Origin: Escherichia coli
Lineage (GTDB): Bacteria > Pseudomonadota > Gammaproteobacteria > Enterobacterales > Enterobacteriaceae
Length of the DNA: 64,000 bases
Assembly: GCF_002854065.1 (NCBI RefSeq)
Contig: NZ_CP024147.1
Direction: 5' to 3' (one strand)
In this document: positions 8,675 to 17,014 of the stretch, piece after piece
Position numbering within the stretch: the stretch's first letter is position 1
Layout of the letters: the number at the start of each line of letters is the position of its first letter
Translations under genes and position numbers: made by a program
Notes under the pieces: model-generated
What the model was told of the DNA's origin: nothing
The model's database searches: none
What the model saw: only the letters and a program-made list of their open reading frames with translations

Positions 8675-9173
8675 TACTGCCTCCCTATCTTTTTAATTAT
8701 CTTCCCAAAATAAGAGTAGAACTCAAACCACAAGAGACTGCCTGGCACGACCAAATTTGCTGAGGGATACGGTTGCGATCAGAACGGTACTTGGTCATTG
8801 CACATTTTTTACTGTTCAAATCTATGCGTCCAACGAAGGTAACAACCTATCGTAACAGAGAGCTAAAACATGCCTATGATCCATCTCACATAGTGGCTGT
8901 TTGTCGTCACAGTCTTACAATGCACTCTGTGCAATGCATTACTCCCATTGGCCGACCAGACCGATGAACTGGCACGGCGGTGTGCTTCACACACTCTAGC
9001 GATACGGCACAATATCAACAGACACTGACTGGCCTCGTCAAAATAGTACAGTACAGACTTAGCACCGTCTGACTTTGGCGCTAAGCGGAGATCTTTCAGT
9101 CTTGGACTGCACAAAGTCCTTTGCGTTAATCTAAAATTCCAAATAATTTCAGACAGATATTATCTCATTGAAT

Positions 9174-9210
9174 CCCCGCCTTCCTGACTGGATCGCGGGG
9201 TTTTTAATTT
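9174..9210 (+). terminator. intrinsic-terminator-like hairpin immediately upstream of the GTPase gene
   Basis: CCCCGC (9174-9179) pairs with GCGGGG (9195-9200) across a 15-nt loop, followed by TTTTTAATTTTT. It ends 20 nt before the ATG at 9230. Confidence 0.5.
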
Positions 9211-9229
9211 TTCACGCTGAGACTTCTGT

Positions 9230-10105
9230 ATGAATAAACCTGACGGCCTTCAGGCCTTTGAACAACCGCTTGCGTCGCTTCCGTGCACACTTCGCCAGCT
9301 TATTCTTGAACGTATCCAGAACCTGACCCATTACGAGCCGGTGATTGGAATCATGGGCAAAAGTGGTACAGGTAAATCCTCTCTCTGCAACGAACTTTTC
9401 CGGGGCGAGGTGTCCCCGGTGAGTGACGTGAATGCCTGTACTCGCGACGTGCTGCGTTTCCGGTTACGCAGTGGGCGTCACAGCCTGGTGATTGTTGATT
9501 TACCGGGCGTGGGCGAAAACGGGCAGCGGGATCAAGAATACCGTGCCCTGTACCGTCGAATCCTGCCGGAGCTGGACCTGGTGCTGTGGGTCATTAAGGC
9601 CGATGATCGGGCACTAACCGTGGACGAGCAGTTCTGGCACGGTGTGATGCAAACTTACAGGCAAAAGGTACTGTTCGTGATTAACCAGGCCGACAAAATC
9701 GAACCCTGCCATGAATGGGATACCCTCACCAGCAAACCTTCACCGCACCAACTGGGAAATCTTAAAGCGAAGCAGGCTGCGATTATGGTGATGTTTAAAC
9801 CGCATCATCCGGTCTGTGTGGTGTCAGCCCGCACTGGATGGGGCATTGAGGAGATGGTGGCAGCCATGATGCGCTGTCTGCCTGACCGCGCCACCAGCCC
9901 GGTGGTGACACAACTGCACAGGAAACTCTGCACAGAGCCGGTAAAGTCGCAGGCTCGTGACAGTTTCGGTGAAGCTGTGGGCCGGGTTTTCGATACCGCA
10001 GAATCATCTTCGTTCCTGTCTACATCGCTGAAAACGGTGATTCGTAGCGTGCGTGATGCGGTGGTGTCGGTCGCACGGGCCGTCTGGGACTGGATATTCT
10101 TCTGA
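9230..10105 (+). CDS. YeeP/YfjP/YkfA-family GTPase (CP4-type island)
   Basis: G1 GKSGTGKSS, G3 DLPGVGE and G4 NQADK motifs. Overall resemblance to the K-12 prophage GTPases YfjP/YkfA. Confidence 0.85.
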   Translation: MNKPDGLQAFEQPLASLPCTLRQLILERIQNLTHYEPVIGIMGKSGTGKSSLCNELFRGEVSPVSDVNACTRDVLRFRLRSGRHSLVIVDLPGVGENGQRDQEYRALYRRILPELDLVLWVIKADDRALTVDEQFWHGVMQTYRQKVLFVINQADKIEPCHEWDTLTSKPSPHQLGNLKAKQAAIMVMFKPHHPVCVVSARTGWGIEEMVAAMMRCLPDRATSPVVTQLHRKLCTEPVKSQARDSFGEAVGRVFDTAESSSFLSTSLKTVIRSVRDAVVSVARAVWDWIFF

Positions 10106-10348
10106 TATCGCAATTTTCTCTGCGAATGATGAACTTGTTGTTAATGATGTGTTGATTGTGGACACGTCCTTTCCATTGCGTTTTATCATCAACAAAATCA
10201 GGAGAAGCATCATTATCTGTCAGACGAGCGCTCACAAGGCCGGGCTGCTCATAAAAAATAGTTCCGATGTTGTCCATACCCTGTCCACCCCTTCCTTTAA
10301 AGTAATCATTATTAATTCAGAGAGTTAACTTCTCAGGAGAAATCTTTC

Positions 10349-11065
10349 ATGACGCTTCAGGAGCGGCGACATGACCGGCTTGCCGTCAGGTTGTCGTTGA
10401 TTATCAGCCGCCTGGTGTCCGGTGAAACTCTGTTTATTCGCAAACTGGCAACTGAATTCGGGGTGTCAGAGCGCACGTTACGTCGTGACTTTCGGGAACG
10501 TCTGATGTATCTCGACCTGGATTATTACCAGGGGCAGTGCAGTCTGCGCTCGGATATTCACAGTACGCGGCAGGAAATAGATATTCTGACCTTTGCTCAC
10601 CGTACGGGGCTGGCCGGGGTTTTCCCGGGCTTTGACCGGCGACTGGTCAGCAGCCTGCTGGACTGTGATGATCGACCCTGTCTGGTATGGCATCAGGACA
10701 GACCTCATCCCCCGGCAGGAAAGCTCTCCTTCTACAGGCTGGTCAGAGCTATTTCTGAATGTCAGCGCATCACCATTCTGACTGAAGGGGAGCGTCATGA
10801 GGCCGTTGCACCTTACCGGCTAATCGCTCTGGACGGTTACTGGTATCTGGTCGCTGAACATAACAGGCAATTACGTGTCTTCCGGCTGGATGAGATTCAT
10901 CTGGTAAGGCCATCGCGGGAAACATTTATTCGCAGTGAGCTTCTCTATCAGCTGTCGGAGGATAAACATTTTATCTCTGCCTTACCTCATTTCCGTTTTA
11001 TTCAGCAGTCGCTGAATTCATTTTCTCCCTCAGAAAGTCGGGGGCAATCCGGACAAACTGATTAG
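10349..11065 (+). CDS. HTH + WYL-domain transcriptional regulator (YfjR-like)
   Basis: N-terminal HTH ([19 protein letters not shown]). C-terminal WYL-like core ([28 protein letters not shown]). Confidence 0.8.
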   Translation: MTLQERRHDRLAVRLSLIISRLVSGETLFIRKLATEFGVSERTLRRDFRERLMYLDLDYYQGQCSLRSDIHSTRQEIDILTFAHRTGLAGVFPGFDRRLVSSLLDCDDRPCLVWHQDRPHPPAGKLSFYRLVRAISECQRITILTEGERHEAVAPYRLIALDGYWYLVAEHNRQLRVFRLDEIHLVRPSRETFIRSELLYQLSEDKHFISALPHFRFIQQSLNSFSPSESRGQSGQTD

Positions 11066-11100
11066 AGATGGTCTCCATAATTAAATGTAAGGTTAATCTA

Positions 11101-11553
11101 ATGAAAGAATTGAAATTGTTGTCTTTACTGCCAGTCATATTGTTCCCCTTACTTATCGCAGGTAATGCTCACGCAGCACGTCCTTATAGCGGATTCCTGC
11201 CTGCAGCAGTGAATAATAAGAGTGGGAATATATTCTGGTGTGATGCCCACCGCCAGGTCAGAAAACTGTGTACAGCGACGGAAGTGGATTCAATGGGATG
11301 GTTTATTGTTGTTCGCTCGAAACCTTCCAGAGATTGTCCGGGGGGCCTTTGGGGGTGGATCACTCCCAGTAAAGACGATGTAGCAACAGGGTATACCATT
11401 ACGCCAGGTAAAGAATTCAATCTCACCATGAAGGATATGTGCAGTCCCGATATGAAAGTAACGTTCCGCCCGAATAAAAAGGACCCTCGTTATGACGATC
11501 TCGTCGGGATTTATGCAGGGAAAGAAGCTTTTCGCTACAAACAAATAAAATAA
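11101..11553 (+). CDS. small exported protein (signal peptide), island-encoded
   Basis: MKELKLLSLLPVILFPLLIAGNAHA signal-peptide-like N-terminus. The start was trimmed to M12 of the tracked ORF. Confidence 0.55.
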   Translation: MKELKLLSLLPVILFPLLIAGNAHAARPYSGFLPAAVNNKSGNIFWCDAHRQVRKLCTATEVDSMGWFIVVRSKPSRDCPGGLWGWITPSKDDVATGYTITPGKEFNLTMKDMCSPDMKVTFRPNKKDPRYDDLVGIYAGKEAFRYKQIK

Positions 11554-11624
11554 TCCAACTGTTTTTTCGTTACTTTATTGTTTTAAACAACAAAAGCCTT
11601 ATTACATGATTTGAGGACAACATT

Positions 11625-12098
11625 ATGCGACTGCCTTACGTAATATTTACATTAGCTATGCTGGCTTCTGTATCAACAGCACAGGCTATTCCCAATATGT
11701 GGACGAGTGGTTTTGGGATGGGCGTGACCGAATATATTATTACCAGCCCGGAGAAGGTGGTGTTTAATCTGAACTGTACTGGCAATCCGGATGCGCAGAA
11801 TATTCTGCAACACGGTGTTGATCTCACCCTGCCTGATGGAACATCAGTAAGCTCTCATGACGACGGAACGGAAATCACGGTCGTCATGGATAACAGTCAG
11901 TATCCGTTACCGTCATTCCTCGGCTGGCGAAACGGTGACAATGCCTGGGTGTCATTTATTGACGCCCTGAGCCAGTCTGCGAATTTTGATGTTTACGTCA
12001 ACGATAAAAAAGTCGGCACCTTCAGTCCGGGGCTGAAGAATACGCAGAAAGAGCTGTCTGACCTCAGTGAGTGCCGGACCACACACTACAGCGATTAG
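11625..12098 (+). CDS. small exported protein (signal peptide), island-encoded
   Basis: MRLPYVIFTLAMLASVSTAQA signal-peptide-like N-terminus. GAGGA lies upstream of the ATG. Confidence 0.55.
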   Translation: MRLPYVIFTLAMLASVSTAQAIPNMWTSGFGMGVTEYIITSPEKVVFNLNCTGNPDAQNILQHGVDLTLPDGTSVSSHDDGTEITVVMDNSQYPLPSFLGWRNGDNAWVSFIDALSQSANFDVYVNDKKVGTFSPGLKNTQKELSDLSECRTTHYSD

Positions 12099-12152
12099 TT
12101 ACTTACATTTCAGACCTCTCCAGCCCGCTACGCACCAACACCAGATAGCAAC

Positions 12153-12190
12153 AGGCCATGCTCCTTCGGGAACATGGCCTTTTTTGTTTT
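12153..12190 (+). terminator. rho-independent terminator
   Basis: AGGCCATG...CATGGCCT stem with a TTCG-containing loop, followed by TTTTTTGTTTTT. Confidence 0.6.
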
Positions 12191-12218
12191 TATTTGATTA
12201 TCAGATAAGGAGTTAGCT

Positions 12219-13040
12219 ATGCGACTAGCCAGCCGCTTTGGCCGTATAAACCAGATACGCCGTGACCGGCCTCTGACCCACGAAGAGCTGATGAGTCATG
12301 TACCCAGCGTGTTCGGGAGTGACAAGCATGAATCTCGTTCAGACAGGTACACCTACATCCCGACCATCACCATCCTCGAAAGCCTGCAGCGGGAAGGCTT
12401 TGAGCCGTTCTTTGCCTGCCAGACAAAAGTTCGCGACCAGAGCAAGCGGGAGCACACCAAGCACATGCTTCGACTGCGTCGCTCCGGGCAACTGACCGGG
12501 CATCAGGTGCCGGAAATCATTCTACTTAACAGCCATGACGGCTCATCAAGCTACCAGATGCTGCCGGGCCTGTTTCGTGGCGTCTGTACCAACGGCCTGG
12601 TCTGCGGTCAGTCATTCGGAGAAGTGCGGGTACCGCATAAAGGGAATGTTGTCGAGAAGGTGATTGAAGGGGCTTACGAAGTGCTCGGTGTGTTTGACCG
12701 GGTGGAGGAGAAGCGCGATGCAATGCAGTCACTGGCACTGCCAGAACCAGCCCGTAACGCCCTGGCGAATGCCGCGCTGAAGTATCGCTTTGGTGAAGAC
12801 CACCAGCCGGTCACGGTATCGCAGTTGCTGACCCCACGTCGCCGGGAGGACTACAGCGATGACCTGTGGACCGTATACCAGCGCGTGCAGGAGAACCTGA
12901 TGAAAGGAGGTCTGTCAGGGCGAACCGCTCAGGGGAAAAGCAGCCGCACCCGTGCTGTTATCGGCATTGACGGCGATGTGAAACTCAATCGCGCCCTGTG
13001 GATTATGGCAGAAAACATGCTCGAATTTTTCGGGCGTTAA
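12219..13040 (+). CDS. DUF932 protein (YfjQ/YafZ family)
   Basis: 273 aa. Near-collinear similarity to K-12 YafZ/YfjQ as recalled (ERYTYIPTITILE, HTKHMLRLRR, PEIILLNSHDGSSSYQM, FGEVRVPHKG). Confidence 0.85.
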   Translation: MRLASRFGRINQIRRDRPLTHEELMSHVPSVFGSDKHESRSDRYTYIPTITILESLQREGFEPFFACQTKVRDQSKREHTKHMLRLRRSGQLTGHQVPEIILLNSHDGSSSYQMLPGLFRGVCTNGLVCGQSFGEVRVPHKGNVVEKVIEGAYEVLGVFDRVEEKRDAMQSLALPEPARNALANAALKYRFGEDHQPVTVSQLLTPRRREDYSDDLWTVYQRVQENLMKGGLSGRTAQGKSSRTRAVIGIDGDVKLNRALWIMAENMLEFFGR

Positions 13041-13070
13041 ACAACCGTTCCGGCATAAGGAGATAGTTTA

Positions 13071-13511
13071 ATGGATACCCACAACCCTGAGTTTGCTGAG
13101 CAGGCAGCAATTACTGCCTCGGTAGTCCCTGACGAGTTACGTATCGGCTTCTGGCCAAAGCGCTTTGGATCTATCCCACAATGGATAACCCTTGAGCCCC
13201 AAATATTTGGCTGGATGGATCGTCTGTGCGCTGATTACAGCGGCGGCGCCTGGAGCTTTTACACACTCAGCAACGGCGGCGCATTTATGGCTCCGGAGCC
13301 CGACGGTGAGAAGTGGACGTTGTTCAACCCGATGAATGGAAACGATGCGGAGATGAGCGGAGAGGCTGCCGGTATAGCGGCCTGCCTGATGGCATACAGC
13401 CACCACGCTTGTCGCACCGAATGTGACGCGATGACTGAGCACTATTATCGCTTACGTGACTACGCGCTAAACCATCCGGAATGCAGCGCCATTATGTATC
13501 TAATCGACTGA
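13071..13511 (+). CDS. antirestriction protein (YfjX/YafX/KlcA-like family)
   Basis: FWPKRFGSIPQWITLEPQIFGWMDRLCADYSGGAWSFYTLSNGGAFMAPEPD matches the CP4 prophage antirestriction paralogs. Confidence 0.8.
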   Translation: MDTHNPEFAEQAAITASVVPDELRIGFWPKRFGSIPQWITLEPQIFGWMDRLCADYSGGAWSFYTLSNGGAFMAPEPDGEKWTLFNPMNGNDAEMSGEAAGIAACLMAYSHHACRTECDAMTEHYYRLRDYALNHPECSAIMYLID

Positions 13512-13523
13512 GGAATACCTGAC

Positions 13524-14066
13524 ATGAATATCGCATTATCCCCGGTATCATCGCAGCCTGAACTCTTTCCGCTGGCGGTTATGGCCCAGCATAGTTGCCT
13601 GCTCCCCGCGACCTCCGGATTGACACCTTATGCCCAACGGACCATTCGACGTGCTATCAACCTGCTGGATAAATATCTGCGCCAGCCCGGCATGTCCTTT
13701 ACCTCAAGCACGGCTGCCCGTGACTGGCTTCGGTTACAGCTGGCAGGACAAGAACGGGAAGTGTTTATGGTGCTCTATCTCGATAACCAGCACCGTTTAC
13801 TGGAGAGTGAAACGCTATTTGCCGGTTCGGTTAACCATGTCCAGGTCCATCCCCGTGAGGTGGTGAAGTCAGCGCTTCGCTTCAATGCTGCTGCTGTTGT
13901 GCTGGCGCATAACCATCCATCCGGTGATCCGGAGCCCAGCCAATGTGACCGCAACATTACGGGCAGGCTTAAAGAAGCGCTGGCACTGGTTGATGTGAAC
14001 ACTCTCGATCATCTGGTTATCGGTTCAGATGGAATTGTGTCGTTTGCAGAGCGAGGCTGGATATGA
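13524..14066 (+). CDS. RadC-like JAB/MPN domain protein (YkfG/YfjY/YeeS family)
   Basis: JAMM motif HNHPSGDPEPS. Overall similarity to YkfG. The true start may be the internal Met at 13581. Confidence 0.8.
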   Translation: MNIALSPVSSQPELFPLAVMAQHSCLLPATSGLTPYAQRTIRRAINLLDKYLRQPGMSFTSSTAARDWLRLQLAGQEREVFMVLYLDNQHRLLESETLFAGSVNHVQVHPREVVKSALRFNAAAVVLAHNHPSGDPEPSQCDRNITGRLKEALALVDVNTLDHLVIGSDGIVSFAERGWI

Positions 14067-14076
14067 GGGCACTTCA

Positions 14077-14418
14077 ATGAAATCTACTGACTCAGAGAAC
14101 GATTCATTTCTCAAGTGGGGTCTGAATCGTAATGTGACACCTTGCTTTGGCGCTCGTCTGGTACAGGAGGGAAACCGGCTGCACTATCTGGCTGACCGGG
14201 CCAGTATCACCGGTAAGTTCAGCGAAGCAGAATGTCTTAAGCTGGATATGGCATTCCCGCATTTTATTAGCCAGATGGAATCGATGCTGACTACTGGTGA
14301 AATGAATCCTCGCCATGCCCACTGTGTCACCCTGTACCACAATGGTTTCACCTGCGAAGCCGATACCCTTGGCAGTTGCGGCTACGTATACATCGCCGTT
14401 TACTCCACCCATCGTTAA
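14077..14418 (+). CDS. CbeA/YfjZ/YafW-family type IV antitoxin
   Basis: [29 protein letters not shown]...[33 protein letters not shown] parallels K-12 CbeA (YeeU). The start was trimmed to M17 of the tracked ORF. Confidence 0.85.
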   Translation: MKSTDSENDSFLKWGLNRNVTPCFGARLVQEGNRLHYLADRASITGKFSEAECLKLDMAFPHFISQMESMLTTGEMNPRHAHCVTLYHNGFTCEADTLGSCGYVYIAVYSTHR

Positions 14419-14438
14419 CTACTTTCACAAGAGCAAAT

Positions 14439-14780
14439 ATGAAAACTCTACCTGCAACAAATCCGCAGGCGGCGAAGCTATGTCTGTCGCCCGTGGCTGT
14501 CTGGCAAATGCTGCTTGCACGCCTGCTGGAACAACATTATGGCCTGACACTCAACGACACGCCATTCAGTGATGAAACGGTAATTCAGCAACATATCGAT
14601 GCCGGTATATCTTTGGCCGATGCCGTTAATTTTCTGGTGGAAAAGTACGGGCTGGTTCGTATTGATCGCAGGGGATTCGACTGGCAAGAACAGTCCCCAT
14701 ATCTGCGGGCAGTCGATATTCTGCGGGCGCGACAGGCAACTGGTTTATTGAAAAGAAATCGTATTAGCGCGGCACGGTGA
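14439..14780 (+). CDS. CbtA/YkfI/YpjF-family toxin
   Basis: [46 protein letters not shown]... matches the CbtA family. It lies directly downstream of the antitoxin gene. Confidence 0.85.
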   Translation: MKTLPATNPQAAKLCLSPVAVWQMLLARLLEQHYGLTLNDTPFSDETVIQQHIDAGISLADAVNFLVEKYGLVRIDRRGFDWQEQSPYLRAVDILRARQATGLLKRNRISAAR

Positions 14781-14845
14781 ATATTGGGAATAGCCTTCCT
14801 GATTCACACTGCAGCTTTCCTTACTTATTTAATTTACTCATTCCA

Positions 14846-14880
14846 AAAAGCACCTGCCGATGCTGGTTGGTGCTTTTACT
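14846..14880 (+). terminator. rho-independent terminator after the toxin gene
   Basis: AAAAGCACC (14846-14854) pairs with GGTGCTTTT (14869-14877), followed by a T-rich tail. Confidence 0.5.
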
Positions 14881-15043
14881 TATATGGACGAAATATCATG
14901 CAAATAGAAGCTGTAATTTTAACTGGGCACATTATCGCAAGTACAATCCGGGAATGCTGGGCCGTCGTTGTTGATGGTTTTGACGCATGCGGCGAACAAG
15001 CTTATGATCCAGCTTAATTTCTTTTCCTCATGAAGGGACGGGT

Positions 15044-16051
15044 ATGGGCAACAGAATGTGGATGATTCGCGGTGACGGCGGCAAGCTCTATGACGATTTT
15101 CGCGATAAGCAAATTGTAGGCATCGGTTGGTCTCAGCTGGCTCCATTAGTCAAACCCGGCCTGTCCCGAGCCCAGTTACTCGCCTTATACCAGGAGGCAG
15201 ATCCCTTAACAAAGCTGGGAACAGCCCGTTCTGGTGCATCGCAGGTCTGGCGTTTTGTGAATGAGATCCAAAAGGGTGATTGGGTTATTACCTATTCGCC
15301 AGCCAACCGTACTTATTTGCTAGGCAAAGTCACATCCGACTTCCAATATCATCCTGAATGGGTGGAAGAGGGGATGGGGATCGCTCGGCAGGTTAAATGG
15401 AATACTCAAGAAATCGACCGCGATAGACTGTCTGTTGCTACCAAAAACACATTGGGTTCTACGCTGACGGTTTTTCAGCTTCCAGAATATGCGCTAGAAG
15501 AGCTTTTGCAGGATAAGAAACCCACTATAGATGTAATTACTCAGAATCCAGTTGCAATGGATGAAGATGAGGTCGTTTCTGATCCGCTTCGCGATATGGA
15601 AATGCTGGCGTTTGAGGGTATCAAAGATCGTATTAACTCTCTTGATTGGGACGAGATGCAAAATCTTGTTGCCGGAGTTTTACGCAGTATGGGCTATAAA
15701 ACGCAGGTTTCACCTGCGGGAGCCGATCGGGGTAAAGACATCATTGCTTCACCTGATGGGTTCGGTTTTGAAAATCCGCGTATTATCGTTGAGGTAAAGC
15801 ACCGCAGGGAACAGATGGGAAGCCAACAGATACGCAGCTTTATCGGCGGTCGCCATAAAGACGATCGCGGGCTTTATGTCAGTACAGGGGGTTTTACGAA
15901 AGATGCTCGATATGAAGCCGACCGTTCGACGATACCACTGACGCTCTGGACACTTGATGATCTCGTCCGTGCGCTTATTGAGAACTACGAACAAGTTGAT
16001 ATCGAGACTAAACTTTTGGTGCCTCTGAAGAAAACTTTCCTGCCTGCCTGA
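15044..16051 (+). CDS. Mrr-catalytic-domain (PD-(D/E)xK) restriction endonuclease with a distinct, possibly PUA/EVE-like, N-terminal domain
   Basis: C-terminal GADRGKDIIA...RIIVEVKHRRE...LYVSTGGFTKDA gives a D...ExK core and the Mrr-type TGGF/SxxA tail. The N-terminal 150 aa (MWMIRG..IVGIGWS..GDWVITYSP..YLLGKVTS..ARQVKW) is unlike the E. coli Mrr N-terminus. AAGGGA SD is present. Confidence 0.75.
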   Translation: MGNRMWMIRGDGGKLYDDFRDKQIVGIGWSQLAPLVKPGLSRAQLLALYQEADPLTKLGTARSGASQVWRFVNEIQKGDWVITYSPANRTYLLGKVTSDFQYHPEWVEEGMGIARQVKWNTQEIDRDRLSVATKNTLGSTLTVFQLPEYALEELLQDKKPTIDVITQNPVAMDEDEVVSDPLRDMEMLAFEGIKDRINSLDWDEMQNLVAGVLRSMGYKTQVSPAGADRGKDIIASPDGFGFENPRIIVEVKHRREQMGSQQIRSFIGGRHKDDRGLYVSTGGFTKDARYEADRSTIPLTLWTLDDLVRALIENYEQVDIETKLLVPLKKTFLPA

Positions 16052-16211
16052 ATCTTGCTTTGATAGCCATATCGGTGTTCTACTGGTATGGCTTTATACC
16101 CACTTGCAATGTCTATTTTTTATACGGACTTTAACTTGTGGGTACAAGTGTGGGTATAACTATTTATTCCTATTTATAAACTGCATTGATATCAGTCTGT
16201 TAGGTGTGAAA

Positions 16212-16249
16212 TTCGAGTCCGGCCTTCGCACCTTCGCACCTTCGCACCA
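16212..16249 (+). repeat. tRNA-Leu (leuX) 3-prime-end remnant / attR-like island junction with an 8-bp triplication
   Basis: TTCGAGTCCGGCCTTCGCACC matches the leuX 3-prime end (GGTTCGAGTCCGGCCTTCGGCACCA) except for one missing G. CCTTCGCA occurs three times in tandem (16223-16246), followed by CCA. Confidence 0.7.
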
Positions 16250-16450
16250 TCGGAACATCAATAGACATCAACGGACGTTTTTTTATGACTGAAATCCGCG
16301 CCACACAAGGCTTTTCGCTATTTTTCGCTCAACCTAAGTCAACCTACATCAACTTACTGATGTGGATACAGCTACAGCTGCGGCTATACCCCGATTCGAT
16401 AATGTTTGTACCCACACAAAACCCTTGAAAGGCTACAAGGCTGAAATTGT

Positions 16451-16935
16451 CTAAACCATAGAGATGATTTTTATGATCCAGTCTTTCTCTTGTTGAGATA
16501 GTTCCAGTTTGCTCACTCGTGTTAAGAAGGTATTGATCACCTGAACATCCGAATTGGTGAGCCTATTTAATAGAGCGGGTGGTATACCTTTACTAACAAT
16601 CGCTTTGCGGTGACTTTCGTAGTTTTTATTACTCATTGTTGATCCTAAAAAATCATTGTATGGCGGCATTGATCGTTTCCAGCAACCTTTACTTACTCAC
16701 TTCGAACTGCATCCTCGTAGACTGTTCCACTACAATAATCGAAAAGGCGCGGATGTCCATTCAGGTATCCCGCTAATACGTATAGCAATAACAATGGCTT
16801 ATGCGGCGCGCGCTGTTCACCCTTGTGCCAGATTTTTATATTGGCAATTGCCTGCTGTAGCGATTTACTGGAAGCTATTGATATCCCTGGCAGTGAAATA
16901 ATTGCGATCATGCTCGCAAATTTTCTGCTGTTCAA
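16451..16935 (-). pseudogene. decayed gene for a modified-DNA (sulfur-binding-domain-like) reader of a type IV restriction protein
   Basis: Two consecutive ORFs lie in different frames (16693-16935 and 16451-16669). The first carries RAPHKPLLLLYVLAGYL, a motif I associate with ScoMcrA-type SBD/HNH restriction proteins. No nuclease domain follows. Confidence 0.35.
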
Positions 16936-17014
16936 GCCTGCAAGTGAAGATATATTACCTTGATCTCATTTGTTTTTTTGCTGCCTGTTCTGAGAACGTA
17001 TAAGGACATTCTCC

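Noticed and set aside
8773-9114. Overlapping 64-aa (+) and 83-aa (-) ORFs between gajA and the GTPase gene.
   Set aside because: They are mutually exclusive. One has a TTG start, neither has a clear SD, and their compositions are odd (Cys/Arg/His-rich). The region is treated as non-coding, and its possible RNA function is noted in the finding at 9115-9232.
10020-10277. 85-aa - strand ORF spanning the GTPase/WYL intergenic region and overlapping the GTPase 3-prime end in antisense.
   Set aside because: About a third of it is antisense to a confident gene. It resembles no family and has only a weak purine-rich upstream stretch.
14777-15017. Small ORFs (65 and 77 aa) after the CbtA-like toxin, possibly YeeW-like.
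   Set aside because: I cannot match them to YeeW from memory. They overlap each other and span a terminator hairpin, so the evidence is insufficient.
16223-16246. Tandem CCTTCGCA x3, considered as a possible CRISPR or other repeat array.
   Set aside because: The units are only 8 bp and have no spacers. They are a local triplication of the tRNA-derived att core, not a CRISPR array. No CRISPR-like array was seen anywhere in the window.
16286-16429. 47-aa ORF (MTEIRATQGFSLFFAQPK...) just right of the att remnant.
   Set aside because: It is short, lacks an SD (it is preceded by a T-run) and sits in repeat-rich junction DNA.
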